Positions 50,722-59,503 of a stretch of 64,000 nucleotides of DNA are shown in pieces. Position numbers and translations under genes: made by a program. The stretch is from Deltaproteobacteria bacterium. GTDB lineage: Bacteria > Myxococcota_A > Polyangia > Polyangiales > Houyiibacteriaceae. The stretch is from the NCBI GenBank assembly GCA_034670305.1, contig JAXMNT010000021.1:1-64000 (forward strand), given 5' to 3'. The notes under the pieces were generated by a model. The model was not told the origin of the DNA. It worked only from the letters and a program-made list of their open reading frames with translations, and ran no database searches. Numbering within the stretch: the first letter of the stretch is position 1; every line of letters begins with the position of its first letter.

Positions 50722-51618
50722 ATGACTCGATTGAACAAACACACGGTGCGCACCGCACTGGCCGCCCTGACCACCCTGACCACTTTGGCGATGGGGGTCG
50801 GCTGCTCCGACAGCGACCCATCCAGCGACACCCGCACCCTGACCCAGAGTTTCGCGGGCCTGGACGTGCTCGGGGCCGACTTCGTCTACGAAGGCTGGAT
50901 CATCGTAGACGGCGCGCCGGTGTCGACTGGGCGCTTCAACGTGGATGCCGACGGCAACCCGACGACCGCCGCGCCCACGATGCCCGCCGCCATGGTGGAC
51001 TCGGCCACGACCTTCATCCTCACGATCGAGCCCGCGGTCGGAGACGACCCCGCGCCCTCCGCGGTCCATGTGTTGGCAGGGGATCTGAGCGGCGGCGTCG
51101 CCAGCCTCACCGTCGCGCACGGCGCGGCGCTCGCCACCGACTTCGCGTCGGCCGAAGGCCAGTTCATCCTGGAGACCCCGAGCAGCGCGGCACCCGAGGA
51201 CTACAACCAGGGCATCTGGTGGCTCGTGCCGGGCGATGCGCCTTCGGCGGGCCTGACCCTGCCGGCTTTGGCCGACGGGTGGGCGTACGAAGGCTGGGTC
51301 GTGGGCAGCGACGGTCCCGTCTCGACCGGCACCTTCACGGTGGCCGCCGGCGCAGACTCCGACCTCGCCGGTGCAACCGGTGGTCCCGATGGCGATGGAC
51401 CGCCTTTCCCGGGCCAGGACTTCATCACGCCCGCCGTCTCGCTCCTCGGCCAGACCGCAGTGATCAGCGTCGAGCCGGTGCCGGACACCAGCGCCGCGCC
51501 CTTCGCCCTCAAGCCGCTTGTTCTCATGGACATCCAGGACGTCATGGCGCCCACCACGCAGTTCATGAGCAACAACGCCGCCGCGACCAACCCGACCGGC
51601 GTCGCGATGTTCGAGTAA
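50722..51618 (+). CDS. Lipoprotein with duplicated YEGW..PVSTG.F module (often annotated anti-sigma factor)
   Basis: Lipobox GVGC; internal duplication; GGGGAG SD; divergent from LysR across an AT-rich spacer. Confidence 0.8.
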   Translation: MTRLNKHTVRTALAALTTLTTLAMGVGCSDSDPSSDTRTLTQSFAGLDVLGADFVYEGWIIVDGAPVSTGRFNVDADGNPTTAAPTMPAAMVDSATTFILTIEPAVGDDPAPSAVHVLAGDLSGGVASLTVAHGAALATDFASAEGQFILETPSSAAPEDYNQGIWWLVPGDAPSAGLTLPALADGWAYEGWVVGSDGPVSTGTFTVAAGADSDLAGATGGPDGDGPPFPGQDFITPAVSLLGQTAVISVEPVPDTSAAPFALKPLVLMDIQDVMAPTTQFMSNNAAATNPTGVAMFE

Positions 51619-51703
51619 GCACCTGTCTCTCTGTCCCTCGGCAAGCGCGGAGGGGCAGAGAATCCGTGTGAAGTCCGGTCCCCCGTACTACGCTCGGCGC
51701 GCC

Positions 51704-52720
51704 ATGGACCGGCTCGAGCGACTACTGGACCTCGTACATGTGCTCCAGACAGCGCGTGAACCGGTCCCCTTGAGTGCGATCAAGGAGCGGTTCCCGGACT
51801 ACGACGACGGCGCGGAAGAGTCGATGCGCCGCAAGTTCGAACGCGACAAGGCGGAGCTGGCGCGCATCGGCATCATGCTCCGGTACGTGGACGACGAAGA
51901 CCTCGGCACCGGCTACAGCGTCGACACCGAGGCGTCGTACCTTCCGGCGATCACCCTCGACGAAGCGGAGCGGGCGGTGCTCGCGACCGCCGCCCAGGCC
52001 GCGCTCTCGGACTCCGGTTTTCCGCACCGCCGCCCCCTGCGGCTCGCGCTCGCCAAACTCGGCGCCGCCCCGGAAGAAGATGCACACGCAGCGGTGCAGA
52101 TGAGCCACGGGGCGCCCGATGCCCTCGAAGACCACGGTCGCGTCGAGTCGCTCGGCGAAGCGCTGACCACCCGCAAGCGGGTGAAGATTCAGTACCGCAA
52201 ACCGGGCGCCAACGACGCGACCGAACGCGAGGTCGACCCCTACGGGCTCTTCCTGCGCCGCGGTGCCTGGTACCTGGTGGCGTTCGACCACCGCACCCGA
52301 GAGGTGCGCATGTTCCGCCTCTCCCGCATCGAGGACGCGGTGGTCAACACCAAGAAGCCGGGCACGCCGGACTTCGAGGTTCCGTCGAGTTTCGATCTGG
52401 CCGCGATGATGCAGACGTCGCCGCTCGAGTACCACGTGCACGAACGGCTCGCGGTGAAGATCCGGGTCGACCCGGACGTCGCGTTTCTGGTGGAACGTTC
52501 GTGGGGAAGCCCGGACGCCGATGGGGTCTTCCACGTCGAGACGACCTACCTCGACTACCTCGTCGACCAGGTGATTCGGCTCGGCCTACGCGCCGAGATC
52601 CTCTCGCCCCCCGAGGCGCGCGAAGCCATCGGTGCGGCGCTGCGCAAGGTCGCCAAAGCGCACGGGGTGCCCACCGGCGAGATGATCGAAGACGGCTTCG
52701 ATTGGGGCATGGGATTTTGA
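51704..52720 (+). CDS. WYL-domain transcriptional regulator, PafB-like
   Basis: ERLLDL, RRKFERDKAEL wHTH; REVDPYGL..GAWYLVAFD..RMFRLSRI. Confidence 0.92.
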   Translation: MDRLERLLDLVHVLQTAREPVPLSAIKERFPDYDDGAEESMRRKFERDKAELARIGIMLRYVDDEDLGTGYSVDTEASYLPAITLDEAERAVLATAAQAALSDSGFPHRRPLRLALAKLGAAPEEDAHAAVQMSHGAPDALEDHGRVESLGEALTTRKRVKIQYRKPGANDATEREVDPYGLFLRRGAWYLVAFDHRTREVRMFRLSRIEDAVVNTKKPGTPDFEVPSSFDLAAMMQTSPLEYHVHERLAVKIRVDPDVAFLVERSWGSPDADGVFHVETTYLDYLVDQVIRLGLRAEILSPPEAREAIGAALRKVAKAHGVPTGEMIEDGFDWGMGF

Positions 52721-53703
52721 GTCGCCTCGACCAAGAGCTCACTCGGTTTCTGTTTCTGGTGCCGTACGTCGCGCAGCACGAAGACGGTGTGCCGACCGCC
52801 GAGCTCTGCGAACAGCTCAGCTGTACGCCGAGCGAACTGCGACGCCTGGTCGAGCGGGTGGCGTTGGTCGGCACACCCGATGGCGCACCGGACGAGCTCG
52901 TCGAGATCTACCTCGAAGGGGACCGGGTCTTCGTCGCGTTGCCTCAGCGGTTCACGCGTCCGCCCCGGTTCACGGTCCAGGAGATGCTCGCGCTGCTCCT
53001 GGCGCTCGCCCCACTGCGGGACGCGCCGCTTCCGTCGTTGCAGCAACAGGCCGAAGAGTTGAGTCAGCGGCTCGTCGGGCTGGCGAGCGAACGCGCCACC
53101 GAAGTGGCGCCGGCATTGCTCGATCGGGTGGTGATCCACGCCGACGGCGCAGAGCAGCCGGCCCATCTTCGCGATCTGGAAGTCGCGGTCCGCGACCGCA
53201 CCTGGGTCGACGCGGTCTACTACACCGCGGGCCGCGACCAGTTGACCACCCGGCGACTCGCGCCGATCGGTCTGTTGCAAGTGCGCGGCGCTTGGTACGT
53301 GGTGGCGGCCGACGAAGCCAAACGCGGACCGACCGCGACCAAGACGTTCAAGGTGGAGCGGTTCCGCTCGCTCGCGCTCAGCGACGCAACGTTCGATGCG
53401 TTCGAGGTCGACCTCGGCCTCATCCGCCGGCGGCTCGAGGCGCGCGATCTCCAGGGCGCCAAGAGCGAAGACGTGCGCGTCGAACTCGATGGCCGCGAGC
53501 GCACCTTTCCCACCGGGTCCACCCACACCATGCGCCGCTGGATCCGCAGCTTGCGCGGACGCGGGGTGATCCTAGGCCCGAGCAGCGTGCGGGAAGAAAT
53601 GCGACGGGAGCTGCGTTCGTTGGTCGAGCGCTACGCCGATGCGGACGGGCGTTCGAGAGAATCGGTTTCGCAGGCCCAGGCGACAGAACAGGACGACGCG
53701 TGA
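52717..53703 (+). CDS. WYL-domain transcriptional regulator, PafC-like
   Basis: RFLFLVPYV, PDELVEI, RPPRFT; YYTAGRDQLTTRRLAP..WYV..TFKVERF; TTGA overlap. Confidence 0.88.
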   Translation: MSRLDQELTRFLFLVPYVAQHEDGVPTAELCEQLSCTPSELRRLVERVALVGTPDGAPDELVEIYLEGDRVFVALPQRFTRPPRFTVQEMLALLLALAPLRDAPLPSLQQQAEELSQRLVGLASERATEVAPALLDRVVIHADGAEQPAHLRDLEVAVRDRTWVDAVYYTAGRDQLTTRRLAPIGLLQVRGAWYVVAADEAKRGPTATKTFKVERFRSLALSDATFDAFEVDLGLIRRRLEARDLQGAKSEDVRVELDGRERTFPTGSTHTMRRWIRSLRGRGVILGPSSVREEMRRELRSLVERYADADGRSRESVSQAQATEQDDA

Positions 53704-55352
53704 GCGAACCCCAACAGATGCTTCTGGCCGCGGTCGTCGCGTGCGCCGAACGCGCTGGCGACGCACTCCGCTCGGGCGGCGCCCCGGCCGATCTCATCTC
53801 GGAACTGAGCCAACTCGACAGCCACACGGTTCAGCCCACCGGCACCTGGCGGGTCTCCGTCCCCGAGACCGCCACCCGTGGCCGCGCAATCACGATCACC
53901 CTGCAGAACGACGACGAGGTGACCCTCTCGGTCGTGCATGCACCGACCTGGCCCGACAACCGCGGCACCACGTTCGCGTGGGCCGTCGGTCAAGGCGCCA
54001 CCCGCGATGGCCAGGCGTTGCTGCCGCAACCCAAACGAGACCTGGACCGATCGGTGGTGTTCGTTCCGCCGAGTGGCGACCGCGCGCCACGCGAGACCAC
54101 CGCGAGGGTCGCGCCCGCGCGCTTCGTGACCTGCGCGGACGGCTCGCTTCGGCTCTGCCGGGTGGCGAGCGGCGAAGGGGTCGCCGCCGTCCACGACCCC
54201 CGCCGCGACCGCGCGGGCCAGGCGATCCTTGAAGCGGTGCGTGGCTCGCGCGCCCCACTTCGGTTCTCGGACTGGCCCCCCCTCGAAGCGGAGGTCGCGT
54301 TTGCCCCGCTGCAGATCCACCCGGAGGAAGCGCCGGTCGTGCGCGACGCCGGCACGCTCGACCGCGCGGTGGGCTGCTGGTTCGCGCAGCTCGCCGGCGA
54401 TTCCCTCGGCAGCCTGGTCGAGTTCCAGAGCCCAAAGCGCATCCTGGAGAAGTACCCCGAGGGCGTCCGGGATCTCGCCGATGGCGGCACCTTCAACACC
54501 ATCGCCGGCCAGCCCACCGACGACTCCGAGATGGCGCTCGCCATGGCGCGCAGCGTGGTGCGGCTCGGCCACTACGACGCGGCGGCGGTGCTCGACGCCT
54601 ACGCCGATTGGTACGACTCACGCCCCTTCGACATCGGCAACACCGTCGGCGCAGCGCTGCGTGCGGCCACCGCGGCGAGGCGGGAAGGGCGGCCCATGAT
54701 CCCGGCCGTACAACGCGCCGCGAGCCAGACCAGTCAAGCGAACGGCGCGCTCATGCGGCTCGCGCCCTTGGCGATCTTCGCGTCCCAGGCGGACCCGGAC
54801 GTGGTCGCCAGACTCGCGCGTCAGGACGCGTCGCTCACCCATCCGCACGCCGCCTGCCAAGACGCCAACGTGCTCTTCGCGATGACCATCGCGCATGCGA
54901 TCCGGGTGGGCTGCTCCGCCGAAGCGACCTTCGCGTTCGCGGTGCAGTTGTCCCACGACCTGAACCTGAACGAAGTGGTGCAGGGCGCGCTCGCGGATGC
55001 GGAGGAATCGCCGCCGGCCGACTTCCAGCATCAGATGGGCTGGCTGCGCATCGCGCTGCAGAATGCGTTCTACCAGCTGCTGCATCAGCCGAGCCTCGAG
55101 CAAGCGCTGGTGGACACCGTCGGCGGCGGCGGCGACACGGACACCAACGCGTGCATCGCGGGTGCGCTGCTCGGTGCGGTGCATGGCCGCGGCCAGGTGC
55201 CGATTCGGTGGCAGTCGCGGGTGCTGGCGTGCCGGCCCCTCGAAGGGTTGCCTGGGGTGCGCAAAGCCCGTCCCCGCTGGCTCTGGCCATGCGACGCCGA
55301 AGCGCTTGCAGAACGTCTGCTGAGGGCTGGCGAACAGTTCGCCCGCACCTGA
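53700..55352 (+). CDS. ADP-ribosylglycohydrolase (DraG/ARH) with degenerate N-terminal inositol-monophosphatase-like domain
   Basis: GDSLG, TDDSEM, ANGALMR, TH, GGDTDTNACIAGALLGA; GTGA overlap. Confidence 0.9.
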   Translation: MSEPQQMLLAAVVACAERAGDALRSGGAPADLISELSQLDSHTVQPTGTWRVSVPETATRGRAITITLQNDDEVTLSVVHAPTWPDNRGTTFAWAVGQGATRDGQALLPQPKRDLDRSVVFVPPSGDRAPRETTARVAPARFVTCADGSLRLCRVASGEGVAAVHDPRRDRAGQAILEAVRGSRAPLRFSDWPPLEAEVAFAPLQIHPEEAPVVRDAGTLDRAVGCWFAQLAGDSLGSLVEFQSPKRILEKYPEGVRDLADGGTFNTIAGQPTDDSEMALAMARSVVRLGHYDAAAVLDAYADWYDSRPFDIGNTVGAALRAATAARREGRPMIPAVQRAASQTSQANGALMRLAPLAIFASQADPDVVARLARQDASLTHPHAACQDANVLFAMTIAHAIRVGCSAEATFAFAVQLSHDLNLNEVVQGALADAEESPPADFQHQMGWLRIALQNAFYQLLHQPSLEQALVDTVGGGGDTDTNACIAGALLGAVHGRGQVPIRWQSRVLACRPLEGLPGVRKARPRWLWPCDAEALAERLLRAGEQFART

Positions 55353-55353
55353 C

Positions 55354-57618
55354 GTGTCCTTCGACCCTCACGCGTTTCAGACCACCGACGTCGACGCGAT
55401 CGATGCCGCGCTCGCCAAGCTGAGCGCGTGGCCCGCCGAGTTCGGGTCACCGGTGGTGCGTGGCGGCATGATCGACCTGCATCGCCACCGGCTCGGCTCC
55501 GCCGCCCGGTTGGTCGCACACCGTCTGCTGCTCACGTCCGTCCCGGTGGGCGAGGCGCTGCAGTCGTACGCCCCGATGGTGAGCCGACTCGAACTCTCGC
55601 CGGGCTGGTCTTGGCGCGGCGTGTCGCTCGACGCGCTTCGCGAAGTCTTGACCGTGGTGTTGCACGACGCCGGCGACTCGGCGCGTTCGGAAGGTGTGCC
55701 CCGCACGGACCCGAATCCGCTGAAGGCGCTGCCGCGCCTCTCTCGCCTGCACCTGGTCGCGGCGTGGCCCGAGGTCGATCTCAGCGGCTTCGCGCACGTC
55801 ACCGAACTCACGCTCGAGAAGCACGCCACGATGCTCGTCCCGGCGCAGGTGCCGCCCGAGTTGCGGGTGCTGCGGCTGCGTCACCTGGAGGACGCCGACG
55901 TCGATCTCGCTTCGGTCCCGGGACTGCGTTTGATCGAGCTTCGTAGTTCGCCGCGCACCGTGCTCGAAGGGCTGCCGGCGCTCGAACACCTCGTCGTCTG
56001 CCAAACCTTCGGCGGTCCGCGCGCGCTACGCACCACCGAGCGCTTGCCCGCGGGTCTGGAGACGCTGGCGATGTACGTCGACGACGCGGACCGGCTGCCG
56101 GGGTTGCTCGCGGGTGTGCCGAACCTGCGCAGGCTCTCCGTCCGGAACACCGACGCGCTGCAGGTCGGCAGTCTGCCGAACCTCGAGTCGTTCTCGGCGC
56201 TCAAGTGCACGTTCGCGCAAGGGCTCGGCAACCAGCCTGCGCTGACCTCGTTGCGGCTTCGTTCGTGCCGCGGCGAAGCGCTCCGCGGCGGCTCCTTCCC
56301 GAAGTTGCGCCGGCTGGAGCTCGACGACTGCGACCTGCGCACCCTCGATGGCTGCGCCGGCGTGCCGCTCGAAGAGGTCGTGATCCAGAAGTGCCATTCG
56401 CTGAAGGACGTCTCCGCGATCGGCAAGGCGCCCCTCCAGAAGGTCGTGATCGAAGCCTGCAGCGACCTCCGCAGCGGCTCCGGGCTCGCGAAGGTTCCGC
56501 CGGGCCAGCTCACGCTCCGGCAAACCGGCGTGGACACCGACGACCCCGCGCTCGCGTCGGCGCTCGGCCGCAGAGCGCACGTCAAACGCCACCATCAGAA
56601 ACCGAAGCCGCTCAAGGGCGCGGGCCGGACCCGCCTCTCGCGCATTCGGAAGTTGCTCGGCCACAACCTCGCCTCGGCGCGCAGCGGCGTCGAACTCTTG
56701 CGTGCGCTCGACGACGACGTGGTCGCCGACGCGCTCTTGCTCGGCGTCGAGTTCGACGAAGACGCGCTCCTGCCGGGCTACGTCTTGCACCGAGTGCGGG
56801 CCGGACACCGGACCTTCATCACCCGCGAGGTGGTCGCGTTCCTCCCTCAGGCCGAAGCGCTGCGGGCCCAGGTCGACGCGCTCGACGTGACACCGACCCC
56901 AGGGGTGAAGGACGACCTGCGCGCGCTCTGCCAGTTCCCGAACCTGCAGCGTCTGGTGGTCCGCGTCACCGCGCCGTTCGCGACCGGACCCGACGACTGG
57001 CCCGCGCTCCCCGGACTCGAGTCGCTCGAACTCCGCGACGTCCACCACCCCGTCGTGCTCGCGCGCATGCCGAAGCTCGAGCGGCTGCGGGTGGTCGGTG
57101 CCCGGGTGCCGGTCTCCCTCGTGGACACCGCGCTCGAGGAACTCGAACTGGTCGGCCCCCACATGCCGCTCATGGATCTGGTGAAGCAGACCAAGGTGAA
57201 GTCGCTCGTCCTGCGCGACGCCTGTGAGTTGACCGGGTTCGCGCATGGGGCGCTCGAACGCGTGGTGGCCTCCGGCGAAGGGGTGGTCGCGGGTCGGCCG
57301 CTCTCCGAGTTGCCGAGTCTGCGCCACCTCGATCTCGTCGATGCCCGCGGCATCGGCAACGCGGCCGGCCTGTTCGCCCTGCCGAAGCTCGAGTGGCTGT
57401 CGCTCCCGCCGCCGCAGTCGCCGGCGGACCGCGGCGGGCTGCGGGAGGTGTCGGCGTCGCTCCGGCACCTGACGCTGCGTGGCTGGGACCTCAACCGCGA
57501 CGACTACGTGGGTCTGGAAGCGAGCGGTATCGAGACCCTGACGCTCCGCGAGATGCCCCACGCCTTCGCGGCGTTGCCCGATGGGCTCCGCGCCCGGACG
57601 GTGATCGAAACGAACTGA
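55354..57618 (+). CDS. Leucine-rich repeat protein (two LRR blocks)
   Basis: Recurrent LPxLxxLxL motifs; starts 1 nt after the ARH stop. Confidence 0.85.
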   Translation: MSFDPHAFQTTDVDAIDAALAKLSAWPAEFGSPVVRGGMIDLHRHRLGSAARLVAHRLLLTSVPVGEALQSYAPMVSRLELSPGWSWRGVSLDALREVLTVVLHDAGDSARSEGVPRTDPNPLKALPRLSRLHLVAAWPEVDLSGFAHVTELTLEKHATMLVPAQVPPELRVLRLRHLEDADVDLASVPGLRLIELRSSPRTVLEGLPALEHLVVCQTFGGPRALRTTERLPAGLETLAMYVDDADRLPGLLAGVPNLRRLSVRNTDALQVGSLPNLESFSALKCTFAQGLGNQPALTSLRLRSCRGEALRGGSFPKLRRLELDDCDLRTLDGCAGVPLEEVVIQKCHSLKDVSAIGKAPLQKVVIEACSDLRSGSGLAKVPPGQLTLRQTGVDTDDPALASALGRRAHVKRHHQKPKPLKGAGRTRLSRIRKLLGHNLASARSGVELLRALDDDVVADALLLGVEFDEDALLPGYVLHRVRAGHRTFITREVVAFLPQAEALRAQVDALDVTPTPGVKDDLRALCQFPNLQRLVVRVTAPFATGPDDWPALPGLESLELRDVHHPVVLARMPKLERLRVVGARVPVSLVDTALEELELVGPHMPLMDLVKQTKVKSLVLRDACELTGFAHGALERVVASGEGVVAGRPLSELPSLRHLDLVDARGIGNAAGLFALPKLEWLSLPPPQSPADRGGLREVSASLRHLTLRGWDLNRDDYVGLEASGIETLTLREMPHAFAALPDGLRARTVIETN

Positions 57619-57686
57619 AGCAGCGACGGGCGCGACCCGCCACTCTCCCGAAGACCCGCAGCGCCAAGAGAACGTATCCTCGCGCC

Positions 57687-59465
57687 ATGGGGACTTTGAA
57701 AAAGGTGTTGGGTGCGCCGGCGGACCTCGGGGTCCGGCGCGCCTACGGGGCGGCGCTCGAGAAGAAGAAGCAGCCGCTCGGCACGTTCGTCCGGCTGCAG
57801 TGCGACGCCGAGGAAGCCACCGGCGACGCGCAGCGGCTGCTCCAACGCGAGGCTTGGGATCTGGCGCGCGAACACGAACGGGACTGGCTCGCGCCGCTCT
57901 TCGAGATCCCCTCGGTCGGCGCGGTGCAGCGCCAGCCGCTCTTCGAGCAGCGGCGCGGACTCGTCGAACACCTGAACGTGCACGAAGACGTGGTCGACGA
58001 CTTCGATGCGATCTGTGAACGCGCGCCGGTGGTGAGTGTCTCCGGCCGCATCCACGACCACAAACAGGCCGCGCGGTTTCTGGAGCTGGCGGACTCGAAA
58101 CACATCGACCAGGTCCACACGCTCCGGCTCAACGGCAACCACACGAAGCTCCTGTTCGAGCTCGCGCGGCGCAAGCGACCGCTCGCGTTGCGCACGGTGG
58201 TGGTGAACGTGGATGCGGCGGCGGACTTCGACGCACTCGCGGCCTGGGATGCGTTCGAGGGAATCGAGTCGCTCGAGATCTTCTGCGGCAATACGGACGT
58301 GGCGACGTCGCTCGTGGCCTGGATCGGCGCCGCGGGGTTCGCGAAGCTGCACACGCTGAAGTTGAACATGCCGCTCTCGAAGAAGACGGTGGCCCCGCTG
58401 GTGGCGGCCGAACTTCCCGCGCTGCGGCACTTCGCACTGCGCCGCGCACCGCTCAAAGCGGCCGGCACGAAGGCGCTCGCGAAGGCGGCGTGGCTCGGCC
58501 AGCTCGAGTCGCTGGAGATCAAGACCTGCGACCCAGGCACCGCGATCACCGAGCTGCTCAAACCGGCGACCCAGCTGTCGACGCTGATGGTCGGGGGACC
58601 GGGCGGTCTGACGGCGAAGTCGATGCCGCTGTTCATGGAGGCGCTCGGTGGCTTGAAGAAGCTTCGCTCGCTCTCGATCGCCGGCAACGCCCTCCGTCAC
58701 AAGGGCGCGGACGCGTTCGTCGCGGGCGCCAAATCCGTGAAGGACCTCGAGGTGCTCGACCTCTGCGGCCTCGCGATCAAGGACGTTGGCGCGAAGGCGC
58801 TCGCGACCGCCTCGCTCCCGAAGCTGACCAGTCTCGACTTGAGCCAGAATGGGATCGGGGCACCGGGCATGGACGCGCTCGCACAGAGTGGCTTCTTCGC
58901 GCGCATCCGGGACCTCAACCTCGCGACGAACAAGTTCCAGAACAAGGGCGCGCTCGCGTTCGCCAAAGCGCCGAAGCTCGCGCTCGAGTCGCTCACGCTC
59001 TCGTACAACTGGATGGGCAAGTCGGGGCTGGCGGCCATCCTGAACCACGCGGGCGTGCGCGGGCTGCGCACGCTGCGCGCGGGCGAGAACAACTACCAAG
59101 AAGCGCCGCTCGAGGAACTGGCGAAGAGCGCGGTTCGACTCGAGTCGCTCTCCTGCCGGGACGCCACCGTCGAGTCGGTGGACGCTTTCTGCAACTCCGA
59201 CGCCGGGACCGAGTTGCGCTGGTGGACGCTCCGCATGGTGCCGACGCGGACGAAACAGGTCGAGGTGGAAGCAGCACTCGATCGGGTGATCGCCGCTCCG
59301 AAGCTCGAGAACCTGATCGACTTCCAGACCGGAACCTGGAAACTCGGCGCCGAGGTGTTCGGCCGCCTCCGCCGCCGGTTCGGCCACCGCATCCACGCCC
59401 CGATCGACACCCAGCCGCACCTGCGCGACGCCCCCATCGAGCCCCGCATCCGCCCCGGCGACTGA
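57687..59465 (+). CDS. TIGR02996-like N-terminal domain plus LRR protein
   Basis: VLGAPADLGVRRAYGAAL..PLGTFVRLQC; RRGLVE; LxxLDLSxNxIG repeats. Confidence 0.88.
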   Translation: MGTLKKVLGAPADLGVRRAYGAALEKKKQPLGTFVRLQCDAEEATGDAQRLLQREAWDLAREHERDWLAPLFEIPSVGAVQRQPLFEQRRGLVEHLNVHEDVVDDFDAICERAPVVSVSGRIHDHKQAARFLELADSKHIDQVHTLRLNGNHTKLLFELARRKRPLALRTVVVNVDAAADFDALAAWDAFEGIESLEIFCGNTDVATSLVAWIGAAGFAKLHTLKLNMPLSKKTVAPLVAAELPALRHFALRRAPLKAAGTKALAKAAWLGQLESLEIKTCDPGTAITELLKPATQLSTLMVGGPGGLTAKSMPLFMEALGGLKKLRSLSIAGNALRHKGADAFVAGAKSVKDLEVLDLCGLAIKDVGAKALATASLPKLTSLDLSQNGIGAPGMDALAQSGFFARIRDLNLATNKFQNKGALAFAKAPKLALESLTLSYNWMGKSGLAAILNHAGVRGLRTLRAGENNYQEAPLEELAKSAVRLESLSCRDATVESVDAFCNSDAGTELRWWTLRMVPTRTKQVEVEAALDRVIAAPKLENLIDFQTGTWKLGAEVFGRLRRRFGHRIHAPIDTQPHLRDAPIEPRIRPGD

Positions 59466-59503
59466 AGGCATCCGCGCTTCCGAGGGCTTGGTATCTTCGC
59501 TTC

